IMG/VR virus record: IMGVR_UViG_3300048694_000674 | Location: 1-64,000 of that record | Source of the DNA: a virus | Direction: 5' to 3' (one strand) | DNA: 64,000 nucleotides | Shown here: one piece after another, positions 25,667-34,486 of the stretch | Numbering within the stretch: the first letter of the stretch is position 1 | Layout of the letters: the number at the start of each line of letters is the position of its first letter | Program-made: the position numbers and the translations under genes | Notes under the pieces: generated by a model | What the model was told of the DNA's origin: nothing | Seen by the model: only the letters and a program-made list of their open reading frames with translations | Database searches by the model: none

Positions 25667-26065
25667 ATGGCTAAAGAAAGTAACGTGATTCAGTTTCCAT
25701 CTCGTGGCAAATCAGCCCAAGCTGTTCTCTCAGAGAAGGAAATCAGCGAGAATGTCAGTTTTATGAAGCATAATCATATCAATGAAACTCTGAATACATT
25801 GGTTCCAATGATATTCAATAACATTGAATTGGCTGGCTTTCATCTGATACCTGACGAAGATGAAGTGGACGAGAATCTAAAAGATAGTGCGCTTATGGTC
25901 GAGTCGTTACGTTCTTTGCTATGCAAGCATTATGGAATGAAGCATCCATTTCAAAAACTAGCTGAAGAAATATTCATTCCAACAAATGAGGGAGCGTTTA
26001 CTCTCTCAAAAGCATTAATAGTAGACTTCGAAGACTTCAAGGAAGAAGGGAACAGCGAAAGCTGA
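25667..26065 (+). CDS. Conserved hypothetical protein
   Basis: NVIQFP N-terminus; upstream of rnh. Confidence 0.7.
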   Translation: MAKESNVIQFPSRGKSAQAVLSEKEISENVSFMKHNHINETLNTLVPMIFNNIELAGFHLIPDEDEVDENLKDSALMVESLRSLLCKHYGMKHPFQKLAEEIFIPTNEGAFTLSKALIVDFEDFKEEGNSES

Positions 26066-26072
26066 TTATATA

Positions 26073-26921
26073 ATGATTATCGTTGACCTGTCGCAAGTTA
26101 TGTTATCCAATCTGATGATGCAGCTGGGTAACCATACAAATGCAGAGATAGAAGAATCTATGGTTCGCCATATGGTGTTAAATTCTCTGAGATCATATAA
26201 AGTTAAATTTGGTGATGAATATGGTGAAATGGTTATCGCCTGTGATAATACCAACTACTGGCGCAAGCAGTTGTTTCCATATTACAAGGCTAACCGTAAA
26301 AAGAATCAAGAGAAGTCAGAGCTTAACTGGAAGTCAATCTTCGAATGCCTGAACAAGATTCGTCAAGAACTAAAAGATTATTTTCCATATCGAGTTATCG
26401 ATATTGAGTCAGCTGAAGCTGATGACATCATCGCAACTCTTATCAAGACGTTGAGTGGTGAAGAAAAGATTCTTATCCTGTCTGGCGATAAAGACTTTAT
26501 TCAGCTTCATGTTTATCCAAATGTTAAGCAATACGATCCTGTTCGCAAGAAATGGATCAGTAATGAAAATCCTGATAGATATCTTGAAGAGCACATTCTA
26601 AAAGGAGATTCTGGTGATGGTATACCTAACGTTCTCTCTCCTGATAATTGTTTTGTTGTTGGCGAACGGCAGAAACCATTAACGACTAAGAAGATCGATG
26701 CGTTGATTGAGTTAGGACTGCTTGGTAAATACGATCATCCTCTTGCACGTAACTATATGCGCAATAAACACTTGATTGATCTTAGTATGGTGCCAAAGGC
26801 TATTGAGGCGGCTATCATTGGTTCATATGCAAGTCAGGAACATAAAACTAGAGACAAGATGTTTAATTATTTTATTGCAAACAAACTAAAAAATCTTATG
26901 GAACATATCGGAGAATTTTGA
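26073..26921 (+). CDS. rnh: T4-type RNase H (5'-3' exonuclease)
   Basis: YKANR, EADDIIA, SGDKDFIQL, GDSGDGIPN. Confidence 0.93.
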   Translation: MIIVDLSQVMLSNLMMQLGNHTNAEIEESMVRHMVLNSLRSYKVKFGDEYGEMVIACDNTNYWRKQLFPYYKANRKKNQEKSELNWKSIFECLNKIRQELKDYFPYRVIDIESAEADDIIATLIKTLSGEEKILILSGDKDFIQLHVYPNVKQYDPVRKKWISNENPDRYLEEHILKGDSGDGIPNVLSPDNCFVVGERQKPLTTKKIDALIELGLLGKYDHPLARNYMRNKHLIDLSMVPKAIEAAIIGSYASQEHKTRDKMFNYFIANKLKNLMEHIGEF

Positions 26922-27358
26922 TGGGTACAAGAATTGGTGTTGCTGAATTTCTCGAAAGTGTCAGCAAGTTAAAAAAGAAAGAAGAAAAGATCGCTGCATT
27001 GCAACATAATGATAGCTACATTCTTCGTACAATCCTGCAGGGTGCATTTGATCCACGTATTAAGTGGGCATTACCTGAAGGAGCTCCTCCATATAAAGTA
27101 AACGAACTTGTTGATCAGGAAAATGTATTGATTAAGGATGCGCGCAAGCTAGTCTATTTCGTCGAAGGTGGTAATCCTGGTATGAAACAATTAAGACGAG
27201 AAACATTGTTTGTTGAGTTTCTCGAATCATTAGCACCAGCAGATGCTAAGATGGTTATCGCTATGAAGGACAAGAAACTTCCATGGAAGGGAATCACACC
27301 AGAGTTGGTCAATGAAGCATTTCCAGGATTTATTCCAGCAGAGGAGAACAAAGCATAA
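26918..27358 (+). CDS. Conserved T4-like hypothetical protein
   Basis: LPEGAPPYK, RRETLF; typical neighbour of rnh. Confidence 0.75.
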   Translation: MMGTRIGVAEFLESVSKLKKKEEKIAALQHNDSYILRTILQGAFDPRIKWALPEGAPPYKVNELVDQENVLIKDARKLVYFVEGGNPGMKQLRRETLFVEFLESLAPADAKMVIAMKDKKLPWKGITPELVNEAFPGFIPAEENKA

Positions 27359-27592
27359 ATGAAGAAGCGACGTTATTCAATTGAAGACAGAGATTATCTT
27401 GACGAAGAATTCGAAGTCGACACTCGAAAGATCAAAGACAAGCGCAAAGAGCGTAGATTTGAGAGAGCATTGAGAACGAAAGACATATCTGAGCTTTCCC
27501 ATGAGGATGGTTTAGATCCCGAAGACATTGAAGATGAAATTTGGGATGACGAAATAGTTGATAACACCACTCAACAGGTTTGGACACGCTAA
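27359..27592 (+). CDS. Small charged hypothetical protein
   Basis: Packed ORF. Confidence 0.6.
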   Translation: MKKRRYSIEDRDYLDEEFEVDTRKIKDKRKERRFERALRTKDISELSHEDGLDPEDIEDEIWDDEIVDNTTQQVWTR

Positions 27593-27834
27593 TGCCAACT
27601 TATAAATTCCTAAATAATAGCACTGGTGAAGAGTTTGAAGACTTTATGAGTATTTCAGCTCTGGATCAGTTTCTCGAAGAGAATCCGAATATAGTGCAAC
27701 TTATTAATGGAGCTCCTTTAGTTCATTCTGGCAGAGGCTTGGGTAAACCTGATTCGGGATTCAGAGATCTGCTAAAAGATATGAAGAAAAAACATTCCCA
27801 GGGAATATCGAGGAGCAGCATTAATACTTTTTAG
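27592..27834 (+). CDS. Small conserved protein (FmdB-like MPTY start)
   Basis: MPTYKF...KPDSGFRDLL. Confidence 0.7.
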   Translation: MPTYKFLNNSTGEEFEDFMSISALDQFLEENPNIVQLINGAPLVHSGRGLGKPDSGFRDLLKDMKKKHSQGISRSSINTF

Positions 27835-27845
27835 AAGAAGAGTTA

Positions 27846-28595
27846 ATGACAGCAAACAACAAAAGACTAACTCGTAAACAAAGACGTATCCTCCAACAGA
27901 ATGGGCATATTCAAGAAGAAAATTTTGTAAAGTTAAATTTTCGATTAAATCAAATAGAACCACTAACTGATAATCAACGTCTAACGTTTGAGAAATATCA
28001 TGACGGAAAAAACCTCCTCCTCCATGGCATTGCAGGCACTGGAAAAAGCTTCCTCTCAGTATACCTCGCTCTTCAATCCATACTATCAGATTCAAGTAGA
28101 TACAAGAAACTTATCATCGTTAGATCTGTCGTCCCAACAAGAGATATGGGATTCCTCCCAGGAAACAATAAAGAAAAATCAAAAGTATATGAAGCACCAT
28201 ATCAAGCAATCTTCACAGAACTGTTTGGTAGAGGAGATGCCTACGAATATCTCAAGCAAAAAGGTCTTGTGGATTTCATTAGCACTAGCTTCATTCGTGG
28301 TATCACTCTCAACGATTGTATTATTGTAGTTGATGAGATAGCTAACATGACGCTGCATGAGTTGGACTCTGTAATCACTCGTGTAGGTAAGAACTGCAGA
28401 ATACTATTCTGTGGCGACTTTAGGCAGTCTGACTTCACTCGCGAGCATGAACGAAATGGGTTGATTGATTTTATGAGAATCCTCAATAGAATGAAATCTT
28501 TTGAGTATGTTGATTTTACCGAGAACGATATCGTTCGCTCGGCTATGGTGAAGGAATATATTATTGCAAAGGACAGACTCAAAATCGTCGCGTAA
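27846..28595 (+). CDS. phoH: PhoH-family ATPase
   Basis: GIAGTGKS, GFLPG, SFIRG, IVDE, GDFRQSD, DIVRS. Confidence 0.93.
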   Translation: MTANNKRLTRKQRRILQQNGHIQEENFVKLNFRLNQIEPLTDNQRLTFEKYHDGKNLLLHGIAGTGKSFLSVYLALQSILSDSSRYKKLIIVRSVVPTRDMGFLPGNNKEKSKVYEAPYQAIFTELFGRGDAYEYLKQKGLVDFISTSFIRGITLNDCIIVVDEIANMTLHELDSVITRVGKNCRILFCGDFRQSDFTREHERNGLIDFMRILNRMKSFEYVDFTENDIVRSAMVKEYIIAKDRLKIVA

Positions 28596-29241
28596 GATCT
28601 TTACGCATAAGCTTTTCGAGTATGATGAATTACCAAGAGTAGAAATAGAAGGCAAGCGATACTATCAGTTACCCGATGGGTCGCTTGCTAAATCTGTTAC
28701 AACTGCTATTGGCGATGCATCAGACAAGACAGCATTATATGAATGGCGAAAAAAGATTGGCGAACAAGAAGCCAATAAGATTTCAACTCAAGCCGCTGTT
28801 CGTGGAACCGCATTACATTCTATCTGCGAACATTACCTATTGAACAATGAAGGTATGCCGAAGAAAGCAATGCCTTCTAATGTTTCTACATTTAAACAAA
28901 TACAATCAACAATAGACGAACACATTGATGTGGTTTATGGAATTGAAGCAAGATTGTATTCATATGACTTGAAAGCTGCTGGCACTGCCGACTGTATTGC
29001 TGAGTGGGATGGCATTCCTTCGATTATTGACTTCAAAACATCAAGAAAAGAAAAGAAAGAAGAATGGATTGAGAATTACTTCCTTCAAGCCACAACCTAT
29101 GCGATGATGGCAGAAGAACGGACTGGTTTGATTATACCTCAAATCGTTATTCTAATCGCCATCGATGATCGCCCTGAACCACAAATTTTCCGTAAGCTAA
29201 AGCTTGGCTATATCGAAAAAGTCCGCAAAATTTTCGCTTGA
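28564..29241 (+). CDS. PD-(D/E)xK exonuclease
   Basis: SVTT, RGTALH, AGTADC, IIDFKTS, YFLQATTYA. Confidence 0.88.
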   Translation: MQRTDSKSSRKIFTHKLFEYDELPRVEIEGKRYYQLPDGSLAKSVTTAIGDASDKTALYEWRKKIGEQEANKISTQAAVRGTALHSICEHYLLNNEGMPKKAMPSNVSTFKQIQSTIDEHIDVVYGIEARLYSYDLKAAGTADCIAEWDGIPSIIDFKTSRKEKKEEWIENYFLQATTYAMMAEERTGLIIPQIVILIAIDDRPEPQIFRKLKLGYIEKVRKIFA

Positions 29242-29266
29242 CTTTTTTTCGGTTTTTAGGTATAGT
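29238..29266 (+). promoter_or_regulatory. sigma70-type promoter
   Basis: TTGACT-17-TATAGT. Confidence 0.65.
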
Positions 29267-29294
29267 TATAAATTAGGGTTCGAAAGGGGAAAAA

Positions 29295-29588
29295 ATGTCA
29301 AGCTTGGCTATATTACTAAAACGTTATGGTTCCGCTCAAGGTTCTAAAACTAAAGGTTTTCCGCCTTATTACAATATTGACGCCACCACAAAATGGGCGG
29401 AATATAGTATTGACGAGCTTAAGCTTATAAAGTTAATACAAACCGCTGATTTTATTGAGAAATTTGACGCGGAAAAAGCTTTATCGGTGGTTCGGCGGAA
29501 AATTGAATATATGTATAAGCACAAAAATTTTGACCATTCGGAGGCGGTCGCCTATTATAAAAAGCTTAAACGGGCTATAAATTACTAA
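29295..29588 (+). CDS. Hypothetical early protein
   Basis: AAGGGG SD; own promoter; atypical codon usage. Confidence 0.7.
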   Translation: MSSLAILLKRYGSAQGSKTKGFPPYYNIDATTKWAEYSIDELKLIKLIQTADFIEKFDAEKALSVVRRKIEYMYKHKNFDHSEAVAYYKKLKRAINY

Positions 29589-29692
29589 GTTATTGATTTA
29601 AAAGGAAAATCTTCGGGTTCTCCTTTTTCTTAAGTCTTTGATTTTACAGTAAAAAGAAAATGCTTTACTTTTATTTAAATCGGACGTAGAAT
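29586..29692 (+). promoter_or_regulatory. Paired IHF-like sites, hairpin and promoter TTTACT-17-TAGAAT
   Basis: TAAGTTATTGATT 29586 and TAAGTCTTTGATT 29631 (reverse complement WATCAANNNNTTA); -35 at 29664, -10 at 29687. Confidence 0.6.
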
Positions 29693-29698
29693 ATGAAT

Positions 29699-30757
29699 AT
29701 GGTTGAGATTGGTTCAAACGTTACTTTAAAGGTCAAAAATCCCTATTGGGATCGCCGATCGGCTTATAGCTTCGCTATAGCTGAGTTTGAGACCTATATG
29801 GGTACGGTATTGCCTAGCCCAAAATGGGTTGGACCAGACCAGCTATGCCTTTCCACGGGCGACCCTAAGTTCCCGTTCCGTGTTATTGACAAGGTTCGAA
29901 TCTTAGGTGAGGCTATGGAGAGGCTTCCAGAGCCCGTCCAGAGCGTTTGGACGATCGCTGGGTCCAAGGTAGGGCAGAACTATATAGTTACCCGATCGGG
30001 TTCCCACTGGTCCTGCAATTGCGTCGGGTTCGGCTATAGGAGAACTTGCAGCCACGTAAACGAGGCTAAATCTTTGATTTATAACGATAATTCTAAGTCG
30101 TTGATTTCAAAGGAAGAAAAAAAATTGAAAAAAAGCGAAAAAAGTGCTTTACTTATATCCAAATCGGCGGTAGAATCTAAAAGTGAGTTGATGAAACGGG
30201 GTAATTCCGCCCCAATATATAATGAGGTTAATATGGCTAAGGTTGAGAAGCACGGCGATAAGACGAAAATCGCTATTGAGGTTATGGAACAAAATGTCAG
30301 CAAGACCTACGACGAGGTTTGTGAGCTTATCGCGAAGGCTATTGGTGTACCCGTAGCTCGCGCTCGTGTCTATTATCGTCACAAGGTAATCAATAAGCTC
30401 GCCGAGGGCTATGAGAATATGACTCGTCCTTTCCCATGGGAAGGCAAAGCTCGTACGCCCAAGACCAAGCAAGTTTCGGCTAAGAAGCTTCTTAAGGAAG
30501 TTGGTCTTAAAGCCCAAGCAAAGTCCGTTGAGGACATTGCGGCGATTAAGGAAGCCAATCTTGCTCGTCTTCGCGAAGTTTCTGCCAAGGCTAAGAAAAC
30601 TGTTCGTCGCGATTACGGCGACCGTCAAGCTCGTTCGAACGATAGCGAAGGTGTTGCTGACTTTGATCCGCAATTGGCCAAGGAAGAAATTCAATCGATT
30701 CTCCGCGATGAGCGTTTGATTGATGTCGTTCCGAAGTTCATCCGTGAGGATGCCTAA
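29699..30757 (+). CDS. SWIM zinc-finger protein reading through in frame into the next gene
   Basis: WSCNCVGFGYRRTCSH SWIM motif; no stop before the second start at 30233. Confidence 0.65.
   Translation: MVEIGSNVTLKVKNPYWDRRSAYSFAIAEFETYMGTVLPSPKWVGPDQLCLSTGDPKFPFRVIDKVRILGEAMERLPEPVQSVWTIAGSKVGQNYIVTRSGSHWSCNCVGFGYRRTCSHVNEAKSLIYNDNSKSLISKEEKKLKKSEKSALLISKSAVESKSELMKRGNSAPIYNEVNMAKVEKHGDKTKIAIEVMEQNVSKTYDEVCELIAKAIGVPVARARVYYRHKVINKLAEGYENMTRPFPWEGKARTPKTKQVSAKKLLKEVGLKAQAKSVEDIAAIKEANLARLREVSAKAKKTVRRDYGDRQARSNDSEGVADFDPQLAKEEIQSILRDERLIDVVPKFIREDA
30067..30176 (+). promoter_or_regulatory. Paired IHF-like sites and promoter TTTACT-17-TAGAAT inside the ORF
   Basis: TAAATCTTTGATT 30067, TAAGTCGTTGATT 30094; A-tract; -35 at 30148, -10 at 30171. 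Confidence 0.6.
30233..30757 (+). CDS. Basic early protein (independent start inside the long ORF)
   Basis: GAGG SD, ATG 30233, own promoter; codon style differs from upstream part. Confidence 0.65.
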   Translation: MAKVEKHGDKTKIAIEVMEQNVSKTYDEVCELIAKAIGVPVARARVYYRHKVINKLAEGYENMTRPFPWEGKARTPKTKQVSAKKLLKEVGLKAQAKSVEDIAAIKEANLARLREVSAKAKKTVRRDYGDRQARSNDSEGVADFDPQLAKEEIQSILRDERLIDVVPKFIREDA

Positions 30758-30762
30758 TGGTT

Positions 30763-30823
30763 TGGGTCTTCGGACCCATTCCAAAAAAAAAATCTTTACT
30801 TATTTCTAAAACAAGCGTATGAT
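30763..30823 (+). promoter_or_regulatory. CUUCGG hairpin followed by A-tract and promoter TTTACT-17-TATGAT
   Basis: TGGGTC-TTCG-GACCCA; -35 at 30795, -10 at 30818. Confidence 0.6.
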
Positions 30824-30854
30824 AGATAATGTGGTCAACTGAAAGGGTAATCCA

Positions 30855-31814
30855 ATGGCTCATATGATTGAGGAAGTGAATGGTAAGGCGCAAATGGCTT
30901 ATGCTGGCGATGTTCCGTGGCATGGTCTTGGTACTCGTGTGCCGAATGATCTGACACCTGTTCAGATGCTTGATGCGGCTGGTCTCGATTGGTCCGTCGA
31001 GAAGATTCCTGCTTACGCTAAGGTAGGCGGTAAGAATGTTGCAATCGGTCAGTCGGCTCTCGTCCGTTCTTCTGATAACAAGATTCTCGACGTGGTTTCT
31101 GATGACTGGAATCCTGTCCAGAATCTCGAAGCGTTCGAGTTCTTCAATGACTTTGTCGCTGCTGGCGATATGGAAATGCATACGGCTGGTTCGCTTCGCA
31201 ATGGCCAGATCGTGTGGGGTCTTGCCAAGGTTAAGGAATCATTCGAGTTGTTCAAAGGCGACCAGATCGATTCCTATCTGCTGTTCTCCAACTTCCACAA
31301 GTACGGTCATTCGACCGATGTGCGCTTCACTCCGATACGCGTGGTCTGCAATAATACGCTGACTCTTTCGCTCAACTCCAAGGTCGAGCAAATGGCTAAG
31401 ATTAGCCATCGTCAGGTATTCAATCCTGATGACGTGAAGGGTATGCTTGGTATTGCTAACGACAAGCTTGCGAAGTACAAGGAAATGGCTTCGTTCCTCG
31501 GTTCTCGTCGTTACAGTGATGAAAACATTGTCGAGTACTTCACTCGTGTGTTCCCCGTTTCTGGTGCTAACGATAAGAAGAAGAAAGAAGTATCTAAGAA
31601 TGCTGAGCTCGCACTCGATGTTCTTGAAAACCAACCAGGAGCTGAATATGCTCCAGGTACTTGGTGGCAAGCATTCAATGCTGTTACCTATGTAACGGAC
31701 CATCTCCATGGTCGCAATGCTGACAATCGCCTCCAGTCTGCATGGTATGGTTACCATAAGAATGTGAAGGCTAAGGCTCTTGAAACTGCTGTCGAAATGG
31801 CTGAGGCTGCTTAA
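30855..31814 (+). CDS. DUF932/DUF945 phage-plasmid protein
   Basis: PWHGLG, AGLDW, AGSLRNG, TPIRVVCNNTL, WQAFNAVT. Confidence 0.88.
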   Translation: MAHMIEEVNGKAQMAYAGDVPWHGLGTRVPNDLTPVQMLDAAGLDWSVEKIPAYAKVGGKNVAIGQSALVRSSDNKILDVVSDDWNPVQNLEAFEFFNDFVAAGDMEMHTAGSLRNGQIVWGLAKVKESFELFKGDQIDSYLLFSNFHKYGHSTDVRFTPIRVVCNNTLTLSLNSKVEQMAKISHRQVFNPDDVKGMLGIANDKLAKYKEMASFLGSRRYSDENIVEYFTRVFPVSGANDKKKKEVSKNAELALDVLENQPGAEYAPGTWWQAFNAVTYVTDHLHGRNADNRLQSAWYGYHKNVKAKALETAVEMAEAA

Positions 31815-31844
31815 TTGCAGCCTCTCTTGTTTAGGAGATAACAG

Positions 31845-32345
31845 ATGTCTATCAATGTAGCGAAAGAAAAAGCGTTCATCAATCTTGCAATACAAGAAGG
31901 TTTATACGATAATTCTGCGCTTAATTGCTTAAAAGATCTTGCAGAATCTGGTGTGGCGCTTGCTCCATTTATTTTCGAAAAGTTGATCAGTAAGCTTATG
32001 GGCAAAAAGCAACTTCACAACGAAGCATATCGCGACTTTGATGACGATAGCGACGCAAAAACTTCTTCTTGCAGTGCATATGTCAGAGGACAAGGTTGGG
32101 TAAATTATAAAGGAGCAATTGGTAAAGCTGAGCATAAAATTGGTTATGTTCGCGCTGCAATATACAACGAGTATACCAATAAAATTGACTTTTTTCTTAT
32201 CCCGCCATCAAATAAAAATCGTTGTAATTATAATTATGCTGGTAGTATTATGTATTCATACAATATTTGCTCTCGTAAATATTCAAATGGTTTAGAAAGC
32301 TATCGAAAAGAAAATTTAAAAGAAGTTTGTGTTGATATCGCATAA
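31845..32345 (+). CDS. Hypothetical protein
   Basis: AGGAG SD; clean ORF. Confidence 0.7.
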   Translation: MSINVAKEKAFINLAIQEGLYDNSALNCLKDLAESGVALAPFIFEKLISKLMGKKQLHNEAYRDFDDDSDAKTSSCSAYVRGQGWVNYKGAIGKAEHKIGYVRAAIYNEYTNKIDFFLIPPSNKNRCNYNYAGSIMYSYNICSRKYSNGLESYRKENLKEVCVDIA

Positions 32346-32350
32346 AATGC

Positions 32351-32379
32351 TTGACATTATCCCAGTTCTAAGCTATAAT
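32351..32379 (+). promoter_or_regulatory. sigma70-type promoter
   Basis: TTGACA-17-TATAAT. Confidence 0.8.
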
Positions 32380-32404
32380 TCTATAATAAAAATGGAGAAT
32401 AGAT

Positions 32405-33532
32405 ATGGCTCGTCGCGCACCATTGATCGCTAAGAAAGCAAAGAAAACTCGCAGCACACGCAGCGAAAGCTATCTTGTCAATCTAAAGTATCTTGGCGAC
32501 GAGCCAATATTCAATGCACCACTTACACAGGGCGAATATAGCTCAGCATTGAATTGGTATAATTACATGTGCGAAACAAAAGACGCACGTGAGTATATCG
32601 AAACTTATCTTAAGCAGAATGGTCGAGTGGCTGAGATCAAGAAGCTCAAGCGTGTATCTGATACATGGATACCAACAACAGTTGCTTGGGTTTGTCGAAT
32701 GTTGTCTCGAGGATACAATCTTCCTGGCAATCCAAGACAATATATCGATCAACGATTGATTGAAGTTGTTGCTAAAGCAACAAAAGAAGAACAGCCAAAG
32801 GAAGAAACAGCGCAGGTTGTATCGATCCAAGATCGTATCCGCGAACGTCAGCACGATATTCTCGGCGAGATCGAAGGAATGATCGATGAATCAAATTATG
32901 AATTCAATCTTTACGATTGGTTAAAGGCGAACCAAATACCTGCTACATATTGTTCTTCGATTGTAGCGAAGTATTCACCATGCCTTTCTGAGCTCTTAGA
33001 AGCTTATGAAGGAAATGATGAACAGCTAAAAGAAGGCTATAGTCATCTCAAGAAGGCACAACTAAAAGAACTGATTGTGTTCTTCTCCAAGTTGATCGAA
33101 GACGCAGAAAAGTATGGTGATGTAGCTAAGAAGACTCGTGCACCACGTAAACCTCGTGCAGTTTCTGTTGAAAAGAAATTGAAGAATCTGAAGTATCAGA
33201 AAGAAAGTAAAGAGTATAAGATTGCATCGATCAATCCTGAAAAGATAATTGGTGCACAAGAATTATGGACGTTCAACACTAAATATAAGTTGGTAACTGT
33301 GTTTCGCGCCATCGATCGTGGTGGATTGCAAGTCAAAGGAACATCGATCATAGGTTACGACGACAAATCATCTTTCAGTAAAGGTTGTGGGCGTAAGCCT
33401 GAAATAGTACTTGACAAATTACAAAATGGCGGTAAAATAGTATTGAGGAAATTGATGGATGATCTGAAGACAGATAAACCACTTCAGATTCGAATCAATG
33501 AGAATACTATCTTGATGAAAGCGATTACTTGA
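32405..33532 (+). CDS. Conserved T4-like hypothetical protein
   Basis: ALNWYNY, QLKEGYSHL, IIGAQELWTFNTK, RINENTIL. Confidence 0.8.
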   Translation: MARRAPLIAKKAKKTRSTRSESYLVNLKYLGDEPIFNAPLTQGEYSSALNWYNYMCETKDAREYIETYLKQNGRVAEIKKLKRVSDTWIPTTVAWVCRMLSRGYNLPGNPRQYIDQRLIEVVAKATKEEQPKEETAQVVSIQDRIRERQHDILGEIEGMIDESNYEFNLYDWLKANQIPATYCSSIVAKYSPCLSELLEAYEGNDEQLKEGYSHLKKAQLKELIVFFSKLIEDAEKYGDVAKKTRAPRKPRAVSVEKKLKNLKYQKESKEYKIASINPEKIIGAQELWTFNTKYKLVTVFRAIDRGGLQVKGTSIIGYDDKSSFSKGCGRKPEIVLDKLQNGGKIVLRKLMDDLKTDKPLQIRINENTILMKAIT

Positions 33533-34050
33533 TGCAGGTTAATACAGATTCATCTTTCTTAACTAAAGACATGATCAAGAAGATCGAGAAAGCGCGCAAC
33601 TGTAAGTATGTGTTCGAATCTTGCTTGAAGACTGTCGATGGTGGATGGTTCAATGGTCCAGCTGCTATCTTTTATAACGAAGAGAAGCATCCAACTGGTT
33701 CTAACTATATGGCTGTCTATGTTGATGGTAGGACTCTATATCTCGCCGATGGCATTTCAGCTGTCGATAATGTGATCTATGAAGGTATTGAAGCTGAAGG
33801 CGAGGTAGTCTATTCTCGTTACCGCCATGACTTCCGCGAGCATAAGAATGGTGCATACATCGACGGCGGTCGCGATTATACTAAAGTTGGTGGCGATAAG
33901 TTCAATGACTATAATCTGGTTCAGTTCAAAGTCGTTGGTGGTAAAATTGTTTTCATCGCAAAAGACGAAAAATGCGCTGGTGGTAACTGGCGTTCACAAT
34001 GTGATGATTGGAAATGTGTTGGAGGGTGTCGAAACGAAAAGGAGAAATAG
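33529..34050 (+). CDS. Hypothetical phage protein
   Basis: YSRYRHDF...IDGGRDY motif. Confidence 0.7.
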   Translation: MMQVNTDSSFLTKDMIKKIEKARNCKYVFESCLKTVDGGWFNGPAAIFYNEEKHPTGSNYMAVYVDGRTLYLADGISAVDNVIYEGIEAEGEVVYSRYRHDFREHKNGAYIDGGRDYTKVGGDKFNDYNLVQFKVVGGKIVFIAKDEKCAGGNWRSQCDDWKCVGGCRNEKEK

Positions 34051-34356
34051 ATGTTCAAACGAGTATTGCTTATAGCATCATTACTGCTGCTTCCGTCAAC
34101 AGTATATGCTCAGACTTCTTGTGGCAAGACGGAAGACATTGAGGATGTGCTAAAAGCAACTGGTTATGAACCTTTGTTGAGATCGCTAAACTCGCCGACG
34201 AACCAAGTACTGCTTTGGTTCAATAAAGACAAAAGAGTAATAGCTGTATTGGCAGCTCCTCTTACTGTCGGTAAACCAACTGAAATTTGTTTTGTCGATA
34301 GACTGGTCGAGGTACAATTAAACCTTGACTTATTACAGGAATTAATGTATCATTAG
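34051..34356 (+). CDS. Small exported protein
   Basis: Signal peptide ending VYA; two Cys. Confidence 0.65.
   Translation: MFKRVLLIASLLLLPSTVYAQTSCGKTEDIEDVLKATGYEPLLRSLNSPTNQVLLWFNKDKRVIAVLAAPLTVGKPTEICFVDRLVEVQLNLDLLQELMYH
34325..34353 (+). promoter_or_regulatory. sigma70-type promoter for the RNA cluster
   Basis: TTGACT-17-TATCAT. Confidence 0.65.
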
Positions 34357-34359
34357 AAT

Positions 34360-34476
34360 ATAGGATATCGTCTTCACCACAAGCACCACAGACAGAGTGA
34401 CACGTAAGATGACTGTGCATCTGAGGGTCGGGATTCTTTGCCTTGGCAACACCGAGGGTGCTTTTGATGGAGACGA
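34360..34476 (+). ncRNA. Candidate structured ncRNA of unknown family
   Basis: Closing stems TCGTCTTCA/TGGAGACGA and AAGCACC/GGTGCTT; internal hairpins; GC-richer than flanks. Confidence 0.5.
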
Positions 34477-34486
34477 ATAAATAAAT

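Noticed and set aside
28564-29241. Exonuclease as evidence of a CRISPR-Cas4 system
   Set aside because: Ordinary T4-like PD-(D/E)xK nuclease next to phoH; no array or other cas genes
30149-31895. Long minus-strand ORFs (211, 147, 218 aa)
   Set aside because: Antisense shadows of strongly codon-biased plus-strand genes
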